The translations under genes and the position numbers were made by a program. DNA of 64,000 bases from Bacteroidota bacterium (GTDB lineage Bacteria; Bacteroidota; Bacteroidia; AKYH767-A; OLB10): assembly GCA_018268195.1 (NCBI GenBank), contig JAFDWZ010000028.1:18974-82973 (forward strand), read 5' to 3'. Under the pieces are notes generated by a model, which worked only from the letters and a program-made list of their open reading frames with translations, was not told the origin of the DNA and searched no databases. This document shows positions 60,911 to 64,000 of this stretch, one piece after another (the stretch's first letter is position 1; the number at the start of each line of letters is the position of its first letter).

Positions 60911-62431
60911 TTATTGTTTATCCCACCACATGCGGGTATCTTGGTTGTCCGGACCTTGATTGGCAACAGCTGCACTGTAACTTGCTGAGTTAAGTGTTTG
61001 TTCCAGAACAGGGTATTTCATTCTTCTCGGAATACCTGAACCTTCAAGCACACCATCAGCCGGAAGAAGGAGTTTGCTGAATCCAAGTCGTCTCCATTCA
61101 ACCCATCCCTGAACACCTTGGTCAAAAAGAGCAATCCATTTCTGAACGCCAATTTTTTGTTTCCAGTCACCTGGAGCAGTGTTGTAATCTACATCCGGTT
61201 GAGCCAGATATGCTGCAGCATCACCCGGTGTGCCGTTAAGGCCTGTCCAGAAGCCAATACTTGCAGTAACACCATTGTTATAGTGATCCTGAGCAGTACC
61301 TCCTACATTCCAACCGCGTTCCACTGCTTCAGCCAGCATAAATTCTACCTGTGCATAGTCCATAAAAATGCCTGGAAGTGAAGCAGACAGTGTAAGAGCT
61401 GAGCGTTGGGAAACACGTGCATTTGGAGTTTGTGCTCCGTGTGCTTCTGTTAATCCATAAACCTCCCCAATCCATAATCCGGTAGCAGAGGCAGGTGCAA
61501 AGAAACATGCTCTGCGAGGATCGTTAAGTGGAGTAAGTGTGGAATCTAAAAATATGTTGCTTGCGCAATAGTCATTACGACCGGAGATATAACGGTTGTA
61601 ATAAATAGGATTTCCGCTGGGATATGTTCCATATTGCAGTAAGGCATTATCAGCATTAGAGGTAAAGCCACCGTCTGTATTGGCTGCTTCAAAATCAGCT
61701 TGAGATGCAGCTGCATCAACCTTTACAGTACGTAATGCCAATCTCATCTTTAATGAGTTGCCGAACTTTTTCCATAATGACATGTCACCACTATAAACAA
61801 CATCTCCCTTTGGTCCAGATGCAGCTACATCAATAATTGAAAGAGCATTGTTCAAATCACTCATCAGACCTTTATAAATGTCCTGTTGCTTGTCATATTT
61901 TGGTGATGTGATTTTTTCAGGCTGTAAAGCTTCTGAGTAAGGAATATCACCCCATGTATCAGTCATATTCTGATAGAGCCAAACCTTGAGTATTGTAGCT
62001 ACAGCAATCTGATTATTTACATCACCATCAACTGAAGCAACAATAGGATCTTTTTTACATTTCTGAATAATCTGATCCAATTCATATAGACCACCTACGG
62101 CTACTTGTTGGTCATTAGTAGTTCCTCCATAGAAAGACGACCAATAAGAATTTGTAACACCGGTGCGATATAAATAACGACTTTCGGAAGTGTACTGATT
62201 GGATGACCAATACTGACCTAACTGATTGCCAACATTTGCTCCCCACCATACATCAATGGTATTATCCATAATACCACGTTGAGCACCGGTAAGAAGGTAA
62301 GCATTAGGTACTTCTTTAGGATTGTTGGGATCATCATTAATATTATCAAAATTCTTTCTGCACGATCCAAGTAGCAGTGAACCTACCATTACTACTGCTA
62401 TGGCTTTATGATTTATTTTTATTTGTATCAT
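60911..62431 (-). CDS. susD: SusD/RagB family nutrient-binding outer membrane lipoprotein
   Basis: Lipoprotein signal (VVMVGSLLLGSCRKNF), about 500 aa, immediately downstream of a SusC-type TonB-dependent transporter. The C-terminal W/Y-rich region is typical. Confidence 0.8.
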   Translation of the reverse strand: MIQIKINHKAIAVVMVGSLLLGSCRKNFDNINDDPNNPKEVPNAYLLTGAQRGIMDNTIDVWWGANVGNQLGQYWSSNQYTSESRYLYRTGVTNSYWSSFYGGTTNDQQVAVGGLYELDQIIQKCKKDPIVASVDGDVNNQIAVATILKVWLYQNMTDTWGDIPYSEALQPEKITSPKYDKQQDIYKGLMSDLNNALSIIDVAASGPKGDVVYSGDMSLWKKFGNSLKMRLALRTVKVDAAASQADFEAANTDGGFTSNADNALLQYGTYPSGNPIYYNRYISGRNDYCASNIFLDSTLTPLNDPRRACFFAPASATGLWIGEVYGLTEAHGAQTPNARVSQRSALTLSASLPGIFMDYAQVEFMLAEAVERGWNVGGTAQDHYNNGVTASIGFWTGLNGTPGDAAAYLAQPDVDYNTAPGDWKQKIGVQKWIALFDQGVQGWVEWRRLGFSKLLLPADGVLEGSGIPRRMKYPVLEQTLNSASYSAAVANQGPDNQDTRMWWDKQ

Positions 62432-62450
62432 GTTTAATCGTTTTTATAAG

Positions 62451-64000
62451 TTAAAATCTAACATTCAGGTTTATACCAAAGGTGCGTGCTGTAGGTAATT
62501 GTCCTCCTTCAAAGCCTTGTACGTTGCTGGTTGACAATCCTGATTCAGGATCAATATTAGGCACCTTCTTGTAAAGGATAGCGAGGTTACGTCCGTAAAT
62601 ACCAACTGAAATACCACGGATTCCTTTTTTGAACAGCGAACTTGGTAATTCATATGATAAAGTCAATTCGCGAAGTTTTACAAATGATGCATCATAAACA
62701 TCGGCAGCTGTGATAACATATCCTCCGTCTTGGAAGAAGTGGTCAACAGCAGCTACAGAAGTAGTGTTTACTTCACCTGTTTCAGTCACACCCGGGTTAA
62801 CCAAACCATTTGTGCGGATATCTCCTTCTGCAGTCTCAGCAAAAATACCTGAGTATTTTCCCCATACATTGGTCAAAGAAAATATTTTGCCGCCTTTTTG
62901 GAAGTCTACTAAACCACCAAGTCGAATCCCTTTGAATGATACATAGGTGCTCACACCACCTGTAAAATCAGGCAGTACAGAACCTAAAGGTTTCACTACG
63001 TTTGAACGTAAATAAAAACCGTCAGCATCAACCACTTTATTACCCTTGTCATCATAAACAAAGTCATAACCCACAATTTGAGATGCTTCCATGCCTTTGT
63101 ACATCTGAAGTGTAGCAGAGAATGGAGCCTGACTAATTTGTACATTATTAGTTTCGTTACCGTTTTCATCAGTAAAGAGTTTTTCAACTTTGTTTTTGGT
63201 TTTTGACCAGTTGAATCCTACTCCCCACTCAAAACCGTTGCTGAGTTTTACAGGAATTACGTTTAACATCAACTCCACGGTCTTGTTGGAAATTTCAGCA
63301 GCATTAAAAATTTTGTAATTAATACCGCTCGCTCCTGATTGTTGAACATTAAAAATAATGTTTTTAGACAATGAAGAGCTATAAGACACGTCAAAATTCA
63401 CACGTTGATTCAGTAATCTGGCTTCAACACCTGTTTCGAAACCGGAAGTAAATTCAGGTTTCAAAGTAGTGTTATTGAATGTTCCCGGAAGAACGCTTGT
63501 AGGTACTCCGTTAAAGTTATCAGAAATTAAAGCAGGAGTTGCAGTAGAACGGTAAGCAGGAGGATCAATAGCTGTTTGTGCCCAACCGGCTCTGAATTTA
63601 CCATAATTCAACCATGATAAGTTTGTTAATTCGGAAAACACAAAACTACCACTTATAGAAGGATAGAAGTAGGAGTTGTTGTCTTTTGGAAGAGTAGAAC
63701 TCCAGTCGTTACGACCGGTGATATCTAAATAAAGGAACCTTTTAAATCCGAAAGACGCACTTGCAAAAACTGAATTCTTACGAATTTGTCTTATCTGAGA
63801 AGTTTGAATTAATTCACTGCTTTGTGAGTTGCTGATGCTGTAGAAATTAGGCACCTTCAAGCCACCTTGTGTAGAAATGTATTTATTGCTGAACTTCTGA
63901 TCTTGTCTGTTAGTTCCAACGAAACCGTTAAAGTCAAAGTCGTCAGAAATTTTATGTTTGTAATTCAACATCAATTCATAGTTGTTTTCATTGAATTGCA
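62451..64000 (-). CDS. susC: SusC/RagA family TonB-dependent outer membrane transporter, 3'-portion only (the gene continues beyond the window end)
   Basis: C-terminal beta-barrel with terminal ...FGINLNVRF. The frame is open to nt 64000, and the 63974 'start' is an internal TTG. It is followed 19 nt later by susD. Confidence 0.8.
   Translation of the reverse strand, partial: QFNENNYELMLNYKHKISDDFDFNGFVGTNRQDQKFSNKYISTQGGLKVPNFYSISNSQSSELIQTSQIRQIRKNSVFASASFGFKRFLYLDITGRNDWSSTLPKDNNSYFYPSISGSFVFSELTNLSWLNYGKFRAGWAQTAIDPPAYRSTATPALISDNFNGVPTSVLPGTFNNTTLKPEFTSGFETGVEARLLNQRVNFDVSYSSSLSKNIIFNVQQSGASGINYKIFNAAEISNKTVELMLNVIPVKLSNGFEWGVGFNWSKTKNKVEKLFTDENGNETNNVQISQAPFSATLQMYKGMEASQIVGYDFVYDDKGNKVVDADGFYLRSNVVKPLGSVLPDFTGGVSTYVSFKGIRLGGLVDFQKGGKIFSLTNVWGKYSGIFAETAEGDIRTNGLVNPGVTETGEVNTTSVAAVDHFFQDGGYVITAADVYDASFVKLRELTLSYELPSSLFKKGIRGISVGIYGRNLAILYKKVPNIDPESGLSTSNVQGFEGGQLPTARTFGINLNVRF

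Overview
Largely core chromosomal DNA from a Bacteroidota genome. The assignment rests on T9SS C-terminal sorting domains, a SusC/SusD pair, a fused CcoN/CcoO cbb3 oxidase, the TAnnTTTG -7 promoter motif and a ribosomal protein bTHX; genome-wide signals are not assessable from one window.

The window holds about 60 protein genes and one tRNA. There are no CRISPR arrays, transposases, integrases, toxin-antitoxin pairs or recognisable defence genes. I did not find a clear-cut new system. The candidates that come closest are listed as findings with moderate interest, not as claims.

Main contents by position:
- The 3' ~5.7 kb of a giant SprB-repeat gliding-type adhesin, ending in a T9SS type-B C-terminal domain (5' end outside the window).
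- Pyruvate dehydrogenase E1 alpha and E2, cytidine deaminase, a small ribosomal protein bTHX gene that the ORF track missed, glmM, and a cysteine desulfurase followed by a YkgJ-type cysteine-cluster protein.
- A T9SS-secreted Cys-rich protein carrying a recent internal 960-bp tandem duplication with a near-identical core.
- A three-gene secreted operon with overlapping start/stop codons.
- The conserved block of a DUF4835-like protein, coaBC, rpoZ and bamD.
- A 1169-aa T9SS-secreted S8 subtilase, then manC, a DPM1-like GT2 glycosyltransferase, dut, a Wzx/MurJ-type flippase and acyP.
- A LemA-TPM-TPM module, then a ClC chloride channel with CBS domains.
- A complete cbb3 oxidase locus in the order ccoS, fused ccoNO, ccoQ (unannotated, found by hand), ccoP, ccoG, fixH and a TauE-like HCxxMCGP membrane protein, with an FNR-type TGAT-N4-ATCA box upstream.
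- A divergent trio of small secreted proteins next to that locus, one with a CXXCH motif.
- waaA, a tRNA with a CAU anticodon, lpxB, surE, pyrG, an operon of ECF sigma, folE and an FNR-fold reductase, a Cys/Met PLP enzyme, fbp, pdhB, an S41 C-terminal processing protease, a PduO-type adenosyltransferase and asnS.
- The 3' part of a SusC/SusD pair running off the window end.
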